Under the pieces are notes generated by a model. That model did not search any database. It was given only the letters and a program-made list of their open reading frames with translations, and was not told the origin of the DNA. Both the position numbers and the translations under genes were made by a program. From Octopus sinensis (lineage: Eukaryota), in contig NC_043014.1 of NCBI RefSeq assembly GCF_006345805.1, forward strand, positions 13,640,001-13,704,000: DNA of 64,000 bases. Direction: 5' to 3'. The stretch's first letter is position 1; each line of letters begins with the position of its first letter. Below are positions 1 through 51,198 of this stretch, piece by piece.

Positions 1-187
1 CCAGTCAAAATATTCTGCCTGTTTTATGTCTAAACCCAGTAAGATCTTGTCACTTGTGCTAGTCTTACAATAGCATTCTGAAGATAAAGAATCACATCAT
101 TGAAATCTTGAAACTATGAGATAATGCATGATTACTTCAAATCAATGTGGATAAATATGCATTACATTTGACCTTGTGAAGGCTAGT

Positions 188-520
188 GAAGGCGTATGGC
201 TCAGTGGTTAGAGTGTCGAGCTTATGATCATGAGGTTGTGAGTTCAAATCCTGGACCAGGCTGTGTGTTGTGTTCTTGAGCAAGACACTTTATTTCATGT
301 TGTTCCAGTTCACTCAGCTGTAGAAATGAGTTGCGACATCACTGGTGCCAAACTGTATTGGCCTTTGCCTTTCCCTTGGATAATACTGGTGGCATGGAAA
401 GGGGAGGCTGGTATGCATGGGCGACTACTGGTCTTCCATAAACAACCTTGCCTGGACTTGTGCCTAGGAGGGTAACTTTCAAGGTGCAATCCCATGGTCA
501 GACATGACTGAAGGGGGTCT
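188..520 (+). mobile_element. tRNA-derived SINE (family C)
   Basis: A-box/B-box head tggctcagtggttagag..gagttcaaatcc. Related tRNA-headed copies at about 3473-3720(+), 12320-12610(-), 16530-16820(-). Confidence 0.75.
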
Positions 521-889
521 CAGCTCAGCAACATTTGACCTTGGTTATGTTTGTACTCGGAACGTAAGGATCTGGAAGTAATGCTGTTATACATTTTGTC
601 TGGTGTGCTAATGATTCTGCCAGCTCATTGCCTTTCTAATTCTTTCTACTATAAGCACAAAGCCTGAAATTTTGGAGGAGGGAGCTAATCAATTACATTG
701 CCCCCATTGCTCAACTGGTACTAATTTTGTTCCCCCTGAAATCAAATTCGATGACTGACATCTGTGCTAGTGGAGCACTAAGAGTACCTATTTCTTTATT
801 ACCCACAAGGGGCTAAATGTAGAGGGGACAAACAAGGACAGACATAGGTATTAAGTCGATTACATTGACCCCAGTGTGGAGTACCATAC

Positions 890-1315
890 AAGCGTGATCG
901 TTGCCAGAGCAACAAGCTGGCCTCCATGCTGATGGCACGTAGAAAAGCACCATTCGAGCGTGATCATTACCTACATCGCCTTATTGGCACTCGGGCTGGT
1001 GGCACATGAAAAGACATTCGAACAAGGTCGTTGCCAGTGCCACTGGACTGGCTCCTGTGCAGGTGGCACATAAAAAGCATCATTGAGCATGGCCGTTGCC
1101 AGTACTGCCTGACTGGCCCTCGTGCTGGTGGCACGTAAAAGCACCCACTACACTCTCGGAGTGGTTGGCGTTAGGAAGGGCATCCAGCTGTAGAAACTCT
1201 GCCAGATCAGATTGGAGTCTGGTGCAGCCATCTGGTTCGCTAGACCTCAGTCAAATTGTCCAACCCATGCTAGCATGGAAAGCGGACGTTAAACAATGAT
1301 GATGATGATGATAAT
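890..1315 (+). mobile_element. RTE-LINE 3'-UTR-derived repeat with (GAT)n tail
   Basis: Homologous to 22925-23400. Further copies at about 2065-2450(-), 11810-11940(-), 13390-13580(-), 26095-26460(-), 27725-28135(-), 34850-35300(+), 40320-40675(+), 43595-43790(-), 51400-51910(+), 52385-52710(-). Confidence 0.8.
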
Positions 1316-1583
1316 GACCTCAAAGGACAAAAAGCAAAGTCAGCCTGAGTAGCTCTTGAACTAAGAACATGGAGAACCAGATGAAACACCACTAAACATT
1401 TTCCCCAGCATACTAACAATTCTGCCATCTCACCAACTTCTCACGACAGTAAGTAACAACATACTAACAACGCAAAGAGAGAAATTATGAATGACACAAT
1501 ATGATGAATTTGGAAAGTTCTGGAAGAATGAAGAGAAAGAGTAGCAATGAAATCAATTAATTAGACCTTACTGTATTACATAC

Positions 1584-40179
<38,596 letters not shown>

Positions 40180-40931
40180 CTGATTTAAGGACAAAAGAAA
40201 AGAAGTAAGAAAAAAAAGAAACTAAGATTATAATTTTCCCAATTATTAATCAAAAAATGAAAAAATGAAAAAATCAAAAATTAAAATTGATCAACATGAA
40301 TGGAAATTGTTGCTGTGATATCAGTGCTGGTGGCACATAAGAGAACCATCCGAACGTGGACGTTGCCAGTGCCGCCCTGACTGGCTTCCGTGCTGGTGGC
40401 ATGTAAAAAGCACCATCCGAGTGCGGCCATTTGCCAGCCTCGCCTGGCCTCCGTGCCCGTTTGCCAGACTTGTCTGGCACCTGTGCAGGTGGCATGTAAA
40501 AAGCACCCACTACACTCATGGAGTGGTTGGCGTTAGGAAGGGCATCCAGCTGTAGAAACATTGCCAGATCAGACTGGGCCTGGTGCAGCCTTCTGGCTTC
40601 CCAGACCCCAGTTGAACCGTCCAACCCATGCCAGCATGGAAAGCGGACGCTAAACGATGATGATGATGATGATGATTAACCTCTTTTGACAACACTACAT
40701 TTCAATCCATTTCATCAATGATTGTCATCAGTTATCTTATTCTTATTCTTATATACTCTTGGTTTAGAAATAAAAGTTCATAGTTCAAATCCAGTCAGAT
40801 ATGTACACATTCAGAAGTAGCACATCTCATGACAATCAGAGATCAAACTCATATAAATGTAGTGTGTGTGTATTATATATTTATCTGGATGAATTTATCT
40901 TTGTCCTTTAATAGGAATTTCCTCATACGTC

Positions 40932-41717
40932 ATTACATGGAAAAATGCAAGCAAGAGAAATAACATTCTTAAGATTATAAACCTGGAAAATTACAGGACA
41001 ACTTATTATATTTGGTAAAGTACAGAACAAGAAAAATTTTTACTGAAAATATTTAGATTTAGAATTAGCTTTTATTAAAACCAAAAATTTTATTACAAGT
41101 TATTACTTCTATTTGTTATAACTTGTTACTTCTATTAAAAATAAAAAAAATAACTCAAAATATTTTTTGCTCTTTAAAAAAAATTAATTTTAAAAATTAT
41201 TTATTAATAATTAGAAATTTGAAAATAGATTATAAAAAATAATAGTAGTACATAATTAGTTAGTACAATAAGTAGAATAATACAAAAATTAGTTATATAT
41301 TACAGTAAAATCTACCTATACCAACAAATTCACAGTAAAATTTACTTGAGTTATTGCCTGAGTTATTGCCAAGTCTTCACATTTTTAGTTTTGACCCAAT
41401 GCCTATTTACATAATGAATTTGCCTACCGTATATACTGTTCTATTTTGCATAAAACTTTAGTTATATTGGTACTTCTGGCTCTCATTTTTAAAGTATTCT
41501 AGTGTGTCAATATTTTAACAAAATGACGGTGCCTTTTTTAATTATAATGTTAATTTGTAAATTAAAATCAAATAATTTTTAATATACAAACTTTATCCTT
41601 AGCTGTAATATTTTAAGTAAAAATTTTATTGTTCTGTACTTTACCAGATGTAATAACTTGTCCTGTAATTATATCCCTAAGAATATTATTTCTCTTGCTC
41701 ACATTTTTCCATGTAAT
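40932..41717. mobile_element. MITE/foldback with about 110-bp imperfect inverted arms
   Basis: attacatggaaaaatg..aattacaggacaa..ggtaaagtacagaacaa mirrored at about 41605-41717. Confidence 0.6.
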
Positions 41718-42499
41718 CCATGTGTTTTCCAGGCTATACTATTATGCTAATTAATAATGTATCAAATGTGTCAGTTAGCATTGTTGCTTATAATTTTTTA
41801 TCACAATGATGCTGGTAATGTACATTAAAAGTCCTCTCAGAGAACTATATTCATAAAAAAGGATAAAAGTATATTATCACCCTCAAATTTGAGAAACAAA
41901 CACTCATAACTTTTTTTTTCTTTTAAAACTTCATTGCATAAGATTGATACCATGAAATTCCTTGAATTGAGCTCTATCATTTAAGCTTAATTAAAATATA
42001 GTTTGTTTTTAAAATAAAAAAAGTTAATTATACTTAAAATCCAATTTTTTGCTTTACTTATATTTTTTCATGATATTTTACCTGACAACTTTTTTATACA
42101 AATTTTTGTTGCATGAGACCAAAACTATGAAATGCTTCATTCTTTCTTCTATCATTGAAGCTAAGATAAATATATTTTGCTTTTAAAATAAAAATGTAAT
42201 TTAGATATAAACTTGGTTGGTGGTGTTACTTACTCTCCTATAACATTGCCTCAAATTTTGATGTAAACTTTTTTCTACTGGATCAAATCTCATTTTGTTT
42301 ATGCCAAAATGTAGCTAGGTACCAGTCCTCTTCAAAAATGTTAACAGTGCTCAAGTTGGTTAAGAACTGAATGCAAATAGAGATGTGTTTATGGATTTGG
42401 TTATACTTTTAGGATGATTACTGTTCAAGTTGACACATTTGAGGTTGTTATTAGGTTTATGGTATGGTTGGAATACTCTCATACTTAAATCTAAATTAA

Positions 42500-43300
42500 T
42501 ATCCAAGATACTAACTATGGTATGCTCTTCCTCTACTGAGATGGATAATCCTAACCCTTTGAAAATTTAAATACTTTTTTCCTATACTATTCTATTTTAA
42601 CATGGTAGATTTATGAAAGTGAACAAAACATCATCCCTGTATAAACCCCCTCCCCCCATTAATGGAAATTCTCTGCTGATACAGAATGGGATGTATATCT
42701 CTACTAGGTCAGTTACCTGGGCAGAGTCACTAGACCCCGTGGTGATATCAAACATATCTTGTCTGTCCTCTCTAAACCAGTACTGTCCCTCAAATTCTAT
42801 AACAAAGTTTCTAGCAACTAATATAGCATCTACTTCATCCTCAGAAAGATTAGGATTTTTCATAATGCAAAGTAGAACCTTGTTGATGAGGATAGGATTA
42901 ATAGAAGCATAATAGTTAGAGATATCTAGTTGAATGAAATTTGTTCACTTTTGATTGCTAATTTTGTTGAACCAATCAAATTACTTTATATGAGCTAGAC
43001 CACAGGTTAAGTTCCATAGTATTCTTATGTGTGGGTATGTATTTATCAATTATGTGTTTACTAATCTTGCCTAAATCTGATTTTGAGGAGCATATCAATC
43101 TTATGGAAGGGTTAGTAGTGAAGTTAGGCTTATGGTCTTTCAGGTTGGTTCTACAGGTTCTCGGCAAGTATAGTTCAGTCCTGCTCTCTAACTTTGATCT
43201 TTCAACTATTTTTGTAGCCTGTTTAGGTTAGTTAAGTTATTAACAAGTTATTTTGTAGTTTGTTTGGTACTTCTTTTTTAAGCAGAGAGTGGTGTAAATT
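42500..43300 (-). mobile_element. Penelope-like reverse transcriptase remnant
   Basis: LKDHKPNF..RLI..KSDLGKISK, DISNYYASI, FDITTGSSDSAQVTDLV, GLYRDD motifs (ORFs 42976-43167 and 42597-42863). Confidence 0.75.
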
Positions 43301-43792
43301 CTAAGTCTTACAAGTTACCAGTTTTGTCTGCATAAACAAGAGACTGGGTTATCTTTTTGAGTCCCTTCACTAGTATCTTTTATCTGTGACTTATTCAGTT
43401 ATTAGACTGCAGCCATGCTGGGGTGCTATCTTGAAGAATTTTTAGTCAAATTAATCAATCCCTGGACATATCTTTTTAAAGTCTGGTACTTATTCTATTT
43501 GTCTCCTTGGCCAAACAGCTAAGTTCTGAAACTGAAACAAGTAAAAAAAAAAAAACATAAAAGATACATGTGAGTGTGTACACACACACACACCATCATC
43601 ATCCTTTAATGTCTGTTTTCCTTGCTGTCATGGTTTGGATGGTTTGACCAGAGCTGGCAAAGCTGGAGAGCTGTACAAGGTTCCAGTTTGATTTGGCATG
43701 GCTTCTATGGCAGGATGCTCTTCCTGATACCAACCACTTTACAGTGTATGCTGGGTACTTTTAACATGGCACTGGCATGTTAAAGGCATATA

Positions 43793-45017
43793 TAGTAGAG
43801 TGTTCAGAAAGTAATTGTTTTACCAGAAAAGATATAAAAACAAATGTAAACTATGTTTATCTGAATAGTCTATGACTGCAAACTAACAGGGAAGTAACTA
43901 TTTATGCCATGTTCAAAGAAACCTATTTCTTTTTCTAAAAAAAAAAAAAAGGCTGCAAGGCTGTTTTCAATTTCCTCTGTTTCTGAATGTTTTGCCTCTT
44001 ACAAAATGTTCTAGTGATTGGAACATGGAAATCCATAGGTGCTAAGTCAGGTGAGTGTGGAGGTTGTGGAAGAACTTCTCATCCTAATGATCTTAATTTT
44101 TCTTGGGTTTGTTTTGAAGAGTGTGGCCATGTATTGTCATGCTAGAGAATAACACCATTTCTGTTTACCAAAAGTGGCCACTTTCAATGTAATTGATGTA
44201 AATATAAATGTTCAAGTTGTTGGCAACAGACATCTGCATTGATGGAGCTTCCATGTTCCTGTAGGTCGTAATGGATGACACCTTTCATGTTCCACCAAAC
44301 ATAGAGCAAAGACTTTTGTGGATGGAGTCCTGGTTTTTGTGTTGGCACTGGCCTCTCATTACATGATAACCATTGTCTTTTTTGTTTTCTGCTGTGATGC
44401 AAAACTCATTATTCATCACTGCAGAAATGACAGGCTGTTATTTCTGGTTAGAAGACTGCTTCAGATGATGGAATGTTTTACTCGGTTCTCAAGTGTAAGC
44501 TTATGTGTAAATCAAATTTCCTCTTTGCATGTTTTTCCAATTTGCTTGAGATATCTGTGGATAGTTGGACATGACATATTAAATTTTTGTGCTACATGGT
44601 GCTTTGATGGATCCAACACAATAGTCTCATTCAAAAGGTTATCATTCAGAGTGGGTCATCTTCCAGAGTGAGGCTTGTCAGATATGTCACAATCACCATC
44701 TTCAAACCTTTTAAACCACAGCTGACATGTACGATCTTTCACTTCATCCGGATACACTTCACAGATGTTTTCATTGCTTTTGTAGTGGTACTTTACTTTC
44801 GCAATTCATACAATGACCAATGGAAAATATGTTGTTTCGTAAATTTTTTATCCTCCACGAGGTTAATTACCAAAATAGCTATGCAAATTGCCAGATAGGA
44901 GAGATGATATGCTATTTCTAGACAGTTCCCATGCATTCGACCTTGGCTCTGACATGATTGATTGATTGACATTACATAGGGGTGAAAAAACACAATTACT
45001 TTCAAAACAACCTAATA
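43793..45017 (-). mobile_element. Near full-length decayed mariner transposon (about 1.2 kb)
   Basis: Imperfect TIRs (TA|TTAGGTTGTTTTGAAAGTAATTG vs tagagtgttcagaaagtaattg); transposase remnants LHPQKSLLYVWWNMKGVIHYD, LQHDN, PHSPDLAPMDFH. Confidence 0.85.
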
Positions 45018-45089
45018 TATAAGTCAAATATATATATATATATGGTTGATGATTGATTGATTTAAGTATGTTTCTCCATTTTCTCATTT

Positions 45090-45129
<40 letters not shown>

Positions 45130-45218
45130 ATCCAAACAAGAAAACAAAAAGACAACAACGCAAGGACGTGGAACAAATAAAGTATTATTGGACGCTCAGG
45201 AAAGAAGGGAAGAAGGAG

Positions 45219-45253
45219 GTTTGATGTTTCGAGCGGAGTTCTTCGTCAGAAAC
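45219..45253 (-). ncRNA. Minimal hammerhead-like motif (degenerate)
   Basis: Minus strand gttt-CTGACGA-a-gaactccgctc-GAAA-catc-aaac; stem I gttt/aaac; stem III disrupted (ACAT instead of ACGT). Confidence 0.5.
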
Positions 45254-45419
45254 ATAGGAGAAGGAAAGATCCCGAGAAGGGAAGACAGAGGGAAAGAAAA
45301 TCGCTAGTGATACAGACGAGGTCACATACTAAAAGTCGGAAGTGGTAAAAGTGGAAGAAAATGTTTTTAAAAACCAGGAGAGCTATATCAAAGACGGAAT
45401 GGTAAAGAAGGTGTGCGAT

Positions 45420-46340
45420 GATGACAAGTGTGTGTGTGAGTATGTGCGTGTGTGTGTGTGTGTATGGCGAACAACACGGTAGCAGGCTAGTAGTAGAATT
45501 AAGGAGTGGTGTGTGGGTACACTAGCAGGTCAAAAACAGGGAGGTATGTGTGTGTGCGTGTATGTATATGTATCGTGTGTGTGTATGTGTGTGTTTTTTT
45601 GTGTGTATGCGTGGAGTTTGGGTGTGTGGCGAGTAACTATGCTTAACTTAGTGTATGTGTGCGTGTGTGCTTGTACGTGCGTGTGTGCTTGTACGTGCGT
45701 GTGTGTGTATATATATGTATGTATAATTGTGTGCATGAATGTATGTGTGTGCGTGTAAATATGGTTGTGTGCAGTGTGTATGGGATGTATGTGTGGGTTC
45801 ATTTGTGTGTGTATGTGTGTGTGTGTATGTATGTGCGTGTAGTTGTGTGTGCGTTTGTATGTGTGTGTGTGTGTAAGCGTAAATGGATGTATATGCGTGT
45901 ATCCGTGGGGTTGTGAGTTTTTTCGCGCGTAAGTGTGCGTATGTTTTGGTGTGCGTATGTATGTGTGTACGTATGTGTATGTGTGCGTGCGCGTGTAGGT
46001 ATATGTTGTGTGTATGTGAATTAGTGTGTGTTTGTACGTGTGTATGTGTGTGTGCGTGTATTGTATATATATGTAAATGTGTGTGTGTGTGTGTGTGTGT
46101 GTACATGCGTGGGAGTGAATGTATGTATGTATGTGTGTGTGTGTACAAATGTAGGGGTTTATATGTGTGTTTATATGTTTATATGTGTGTATATATATGC
46201 ATGCAAGGACACACTTCACAACTGAAAGATTGATGGAAAAAAAACTCTTCCGGTGCGGGCACATGCGAATCCACAGGCACACACACACGCGCACCGACGT
46301 ACGCCCGAAACAAAGCCAACCCCACACATACACACACACA
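45420..46340. repeat. Degenerate (GT/CA)n-type microsatellite field
   Basis: Direct inspection; explains ORFs 45513-46369. Confidence 0.95.
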
Positions 46341-46411
46341 CACATATATATATCTATATGAAAAAACAAGTCAAGATAGAAAATGCTAAAATAATTTTAT
46401 AAAAAACATTT

Positions 46412-46449
46412 CAGTACCGGTTTCGGTCATTTTGAGACCTTTTCAACCG
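46412..46449 (-). ncRNA. Degenerate hammerhead motif
   Basis: Minus strand cgg-TTGAAAA-ggtc-tcaaaat-gacc-GAA-ACCGGT-A-ctg; palindromic stem III; two core substitutions relative to CTGAAGA. Confidence 0.4.
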
Positions 46450-47084
46450 TAACGATTAAATAATTAAATTTAGAAAAATTAAAAGAAAAGTTTTTTTAAA
46501 AGAATATTTGTATAGTGTTCAAATATAAGTGTCATTTTCCTTGTTTCTGCCTTTCTCTTCTCTCTTGTTTACACTTGTGGGTTCGAGGTCGTTGTGAATG
46601 ACTTGTTTTTTCATATATATCAACTCGTGTGTTCTTTTTCATCCTTATATATATATCTCTTATTATAAAATCTCTTATTATAAAAGGCAGATTTTATCTG
46701 CCTCCCTTTGTATCTTATAGAAATCTACAATATAGGATTTCTTCAATTACAATTTACCTAGCATTTTTAAGAGTAGAATGCATCGGGTCGTGCCAGGTCC
46801 AGTTTTTAAAATGTCAACCCCAATTAAGCAAAATTTAGAGAAAACTCACATTGTGGTGTATAAGTCAAATGCTTTTCTTAGTGTGGCTTACACCACACGC
46901 ACATGCACACACACAGTGTGCAACGAATAAAGTGAAAGTAATTCACTTTTTGTACTGAGTGACTCTTTCACTCTGCCACTTCCTCTTTACACACATAGAC
47001 ACGCAAATATATAAATGAAATTGTAAGCTAACGTGTGTGTGTGCGTGTGTGTGAGTGTGTGTGTGCGTGTGTGTGTGTGTGAGG

Positions 47085-47126
<42 letters not shown>

Positions 47127-47144
47127 GTGTGAGTGTGTGACAGG

Positions 47145-47650
47145 AAAGTTTTTTAGGACGAATATAAGACCTATATCCAAGTAGCAGAAAGATCGCCCAA
47201 AAGTGTATATAGATATTTAAATGTATTTATATATTCATCTATACACAGATGTATGTATAATGTGTGTGTATATATTTCCATACACGTAACCATTCACTCC
47301 GCACAAAGTTTTTTAGGACGAAAATAAGATCTAAAGTTATCTCTAAGTAGCACAAAGATCGCCCAAAAGTGTATATAGATATATAAATGTATTTATATAT
47401 TCATCTATGCACACATGTATGTATAACGTGTGAGTATATATTTCCATAGAGGTAACCATTCACTCCATACAAAGTTTTTTAGCACGAAAATAAGATCTAA
47501 AGTTATCTCTAAGAAACAGAAAGATCGCCCAAAAGTGTATATAGATATTTAAATGTATTTATATATTCATCTATACACACATGTATGTATAATGTGCGTG
47601 TATATATTTCCATAGAGGTAACCATTCAATCCATACAAAGTTTTTTAGGA
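47145..47650 (+). repeat. Tandem repeat, about 160-166 bp unit, three copies plus start of a fourth
   Basis: aaagtttttt-ag(g/c)acgaa recurs at 47145, 47305, 47471 and 47637. Confidence 0.9.
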
Positions 47651-47658
47651 CGAAAATA

Positions 47659-48503
47659 TTTATATATAAAAGAAAGGTTGTGTGTCTGTCTACTCCGATT
47701 TAGATTCCTAACTACTCCCACATTTTGCGATGCAGTTTAACCAAAACCGGGTATCTTATAGTCGTGATTCATATCGAGCCCTTCTGGGTATTAGCGCGCG
47801 TCTACAATGAGTCTATGATTTTACAAATAATTTACCATCATTTTTTTCCATTTTAATGCATATTTTTTTTAATAAAGGGAAGTAACTCTCAAACTTCACA
47901 CCAATATGCGTGCTCATATCCGACGTAATATCACATCAGCAGCATTTCTTCACACCCTCCTTGCACTTGGCGAAGGCAAAATACCAGGGGATGAAAATAG
48001 TAATATTGCCATCGGTTCCATTTGTACCATTGTTAAGACGCCTTCTAATCTCAGAGATGCAGTGTTCCCAGATCTACAAGCTAATTATCAGAATATAGAT
48101 TGGATTGGCAAAAAGGCTATACTGGGCCTGAGGAATAAAACTGTTCACCATATTAATGATGAAATGCTAAAACTCATTCCTGGGGAAGTCTATGTATATC
48201 AGTCTATCGATACAACTCCTGACCCAGAGGACGTCATCAACTATCCAATAGAGGTACTCACTTCCTTTGAGCACCCCGGACTACCACCACACTTTCTCAA
48301 ACTTAAAGTTGGTGCCCCTATAATGCTCATCAGAAATTTGGTTCCCCCAAAACAATGCAATGGCACATGTTTGATCGTTAAGTCCTTATCTCCCACCGTA
48401 AGCTTATATCAATATTTGCCTGAATAATCATCATAATTCAGTGCAATCATTAACAGTACTTTCAAGCAATTCAGCCCCGAGCAACGCCGGGCAATTCTGC
48501 TAG
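47659..48503 (+). mobile_element. Helitron of the same family carrying a Pif1 helicase fragment
   Basis: Same 5' block as 8117 copy; ORF 47906-48427 (MRAH..LLALGEG..YPIEVL...LKLKVGAPIMLIRNL...CNGT); 3' ccgagcaacgccggg..CTAG|T. Confidence 0.88.
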
Positions 48504-49075
48504 TATATATATATATAAAAAGATAAAACTTACTTGGAAAAGGATGCGTGGCGTTCAATCATATATTAATACTCTTACTCTTACTTGTTTCAGTCATTTG
48601 ACTGCGGCCATGCTGGAGCACCGCCTTTAGTCGAGCAAATTGACTCCGGGACTTATTCTTTGTAAGCCTAGTACTTATTCTATCAGTCTCTTTTGCCGAA
48701 CCGCTAAGTTACGGGGACGTTAACACACCAGCATCGGTTGTCAAGCGATGCTGGGGGACAAACACAAACATACAAACATATACACACACATGCACATATA
48801 TATATATACATATATACGACAGGCTTCTTTCAGTTTCCGTCCACCAAATCCACTCACAAGGCTTTGGTCGGCCCGGGGCTATAGCAGAAGACACTTGCCC
48901 AACATGCTACGCAGTGAGACTGAACCCGGAACCATGTGGCTGGTTAGCAAGCTACTCACCACACAGCCACTCCTGCGCCTATATATATATATATATATAA
49001 AAGATAAAACTTACTTGGAAAAGGATGTGTGGTGTTCGATCATATGTTAATATAAATAATATATAAATATATGTC

Positions 49076-50560
49076 TGGAGTATAGTGTCCACATCTCCAG
49101 AGGCATAAAATTCGCGCCAGTTTGGGCGTTGCAGCTCAGTACAATAAGAGCTCCAGTTTGCTTTATTCCAGTCAAAGCGGGCAGTCTGAAGATGGTTGTG
49201 TTTTTTGTTACAACCAATCAGAGACAAGTCGGCCATGATCATGGAATGATCAGAGTCACCCAAAGGTTCTTCGGTAGCGACACTAATGATTGTTTCAGGA
49301 GAAGCGGTAAGTAGCAGATCCAAAGTGTTGTTACCCCTTGTGGGGGAGGTAACAACTTGGGACCAATTTGAATTCAGCACCAGTTCAAGGAAATCGTCTG
49401 CACTTTGATGGCCAACGGAAGGCCTCCCAGTCAATCTCAGGGAAATTGAAGTCCCCCGCAATATACACATATGTGGCTGTTTTCATGGCAGCCGCCCTGA
49501 GGATATCAAAAAGCTGTGCGTCTTGGCGATAATTTGGAGGACGGTAAACGACTCCGAGCAGAAGTGTTGACATGGTCATGTGTATATTGCAGAAAAATAC
49601 CTCCTGCTGAGATTGGTTCAAATCATCACAGGGGATTGCCGATAGACTTGATTGAACATAAATCATCACACCCCCTCCACGGCGATTAATGCAGTCTTTG
49701 CGGAACAGGTTGTAGCCGGCTATGCTGAAAACTCCATCACAGAGTGCAGAGTGTGCCCACGTTTCCGCGACTGTGATGAAATCTGGGTTGATACTTTTGA
49801 TGTAGGAGACAAAAAGATGCACCTTGTTGCATAAACTACGGGCATTCAAGGACAGCAGTTTATATCTGGATTTCAGATGATGATATACAGGGGATGGCTG
49901 ATTGTTCTTGGTTAGTTTCCCAAGATTTTTGCATTGCCAGTTGTTGCTGTGGGTGTAGTCTGCTCAGTCCAACTGGCATCCCTTATCCACGACTCACCAG
50001 ACTTGACGAATTTCCAGATCTGCCCATCATCGCGGAGGCTAAAACTCTCCCGTGGCACAGAGTTGCAATTTAGGGAAGCCACGGATCTTAGCTTTGGGCG
50101 TACATCGGGTGGTAGGCCAGGACGTGTTCCACAGTTGATAATGTTGTCACGCCGAGCTCTGTCAGCAGCCAGATGGAATGTCCGCGCCTCAGTAAAGCCC
50201 GTAAACAACAGCCTGATCAGCCTGGGTTTGGATCCCGGTCGGCCAAGGCGGGAAGCACTTTTTGGAGGGACACAGCTGAGATCCCTAGCTGTGTTTCCAA
50301 TGAATGCCTGCAGATCTGCTACATCTTCCGGCACTCCGATGGCTATTTTTGCATTGCCAGTTGTTGCTGTGGGTGTAGTCTGCTCAGTCCAACTGGCATC
50401 CCTTATCCACGACTCACCAGACTTGACGAATTTCCAGATCTGCCCATCATCGCGGAGGCTAAAACTCTAAAATTCATGAGTGGCCGGTTCAGCAACTCCC
50501 TTGATGCGCTGAGGTTCTGTACGAGCTACAGGTAAGTTGCTGAGCAGGGCACTCCTATAT
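49076..50560 (-). mobile_element. 5' portion of CR1-like LINE (ORF1 remnant plus APE endonuclease)
   Basis: NARSL, VAETW, RKD...GGGV, GVVYRPP, AGDFNFPEIDW, PTRGNNTLDLLL, SDH motifs across ORFs 49385-49849 and 48979-49470 (frameshifted). Confidence 0.9.
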
Positions 50561-50821
50561 GACCCTTCAATACAATATATACAATATACGACCCTTCAAT
50601 ACAATATATGACCCTTCAATACAATATATACAATATATTGTATTGAAGTTCGTTTTGGGATTCTTGTGTTGTTTTTATGTATGTACGAACACAAACAAAT
50701 AAATATATACATGTGCATGCAGTATGTGCATGTAACAATCATAGACTAATGCACATATATATGCATATAATGTATTTGTGCATAAAGCATGCTAATTAAT
50801 TAGTATGTATGTGCATATGTA

Positions 50822-51198
50822 CACTTGCGTCAGAAATTAATTAGCACTTCTCAAATTTCTACATTAAATAGGTTAAATCAATTAACCTATGAGCTGTTCA
50901 AAACGTCTTACACGATGAGAAAACTTAGTATGGTGTGATTTCGGTCCTTGCGAGGCGCTACCTATATCTATTAAACAAAGGAAGATTTGTCTGCATCCGC
51001 ACTCCAAGTTGTTGCACTGCTATGTCAACATCATAAGGCTGTAGACTCTCAAACTGCTCTGCAAACAAAGTTACGCCATCGTTCTGCGCAACAGTGAACT
51101 CGCAACAAAGCAATAGTTCGAGATATGGCCACTAGGTGACAGCACATACCTTGAGTGAAGAGCAAATCAAGGGTGCTAATTAATTTCTGACGGTAGTG
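50822..51198. mobile_element. Tc1/mariner-type MITE
   Basis: TA on both sides; 27-bp TIR CACT(AC/TG)CGTCAGAAATTAATTAGCAC. Confidence 0.75.

Noticed and set aside
188-260. tRNA-like A/B boxes here and at other SINE heads
   Set aside because: No full cloverleaf; each continues into a SINE body, so these are not tRNA genes
45513-46369. Long His/Thr/Tyr- or Val/Cys-rich ORFs (up to 279 aa)
   Set aside because: Translations of a (GT/CA)n microsatellite field with no non-repetitive coding signal
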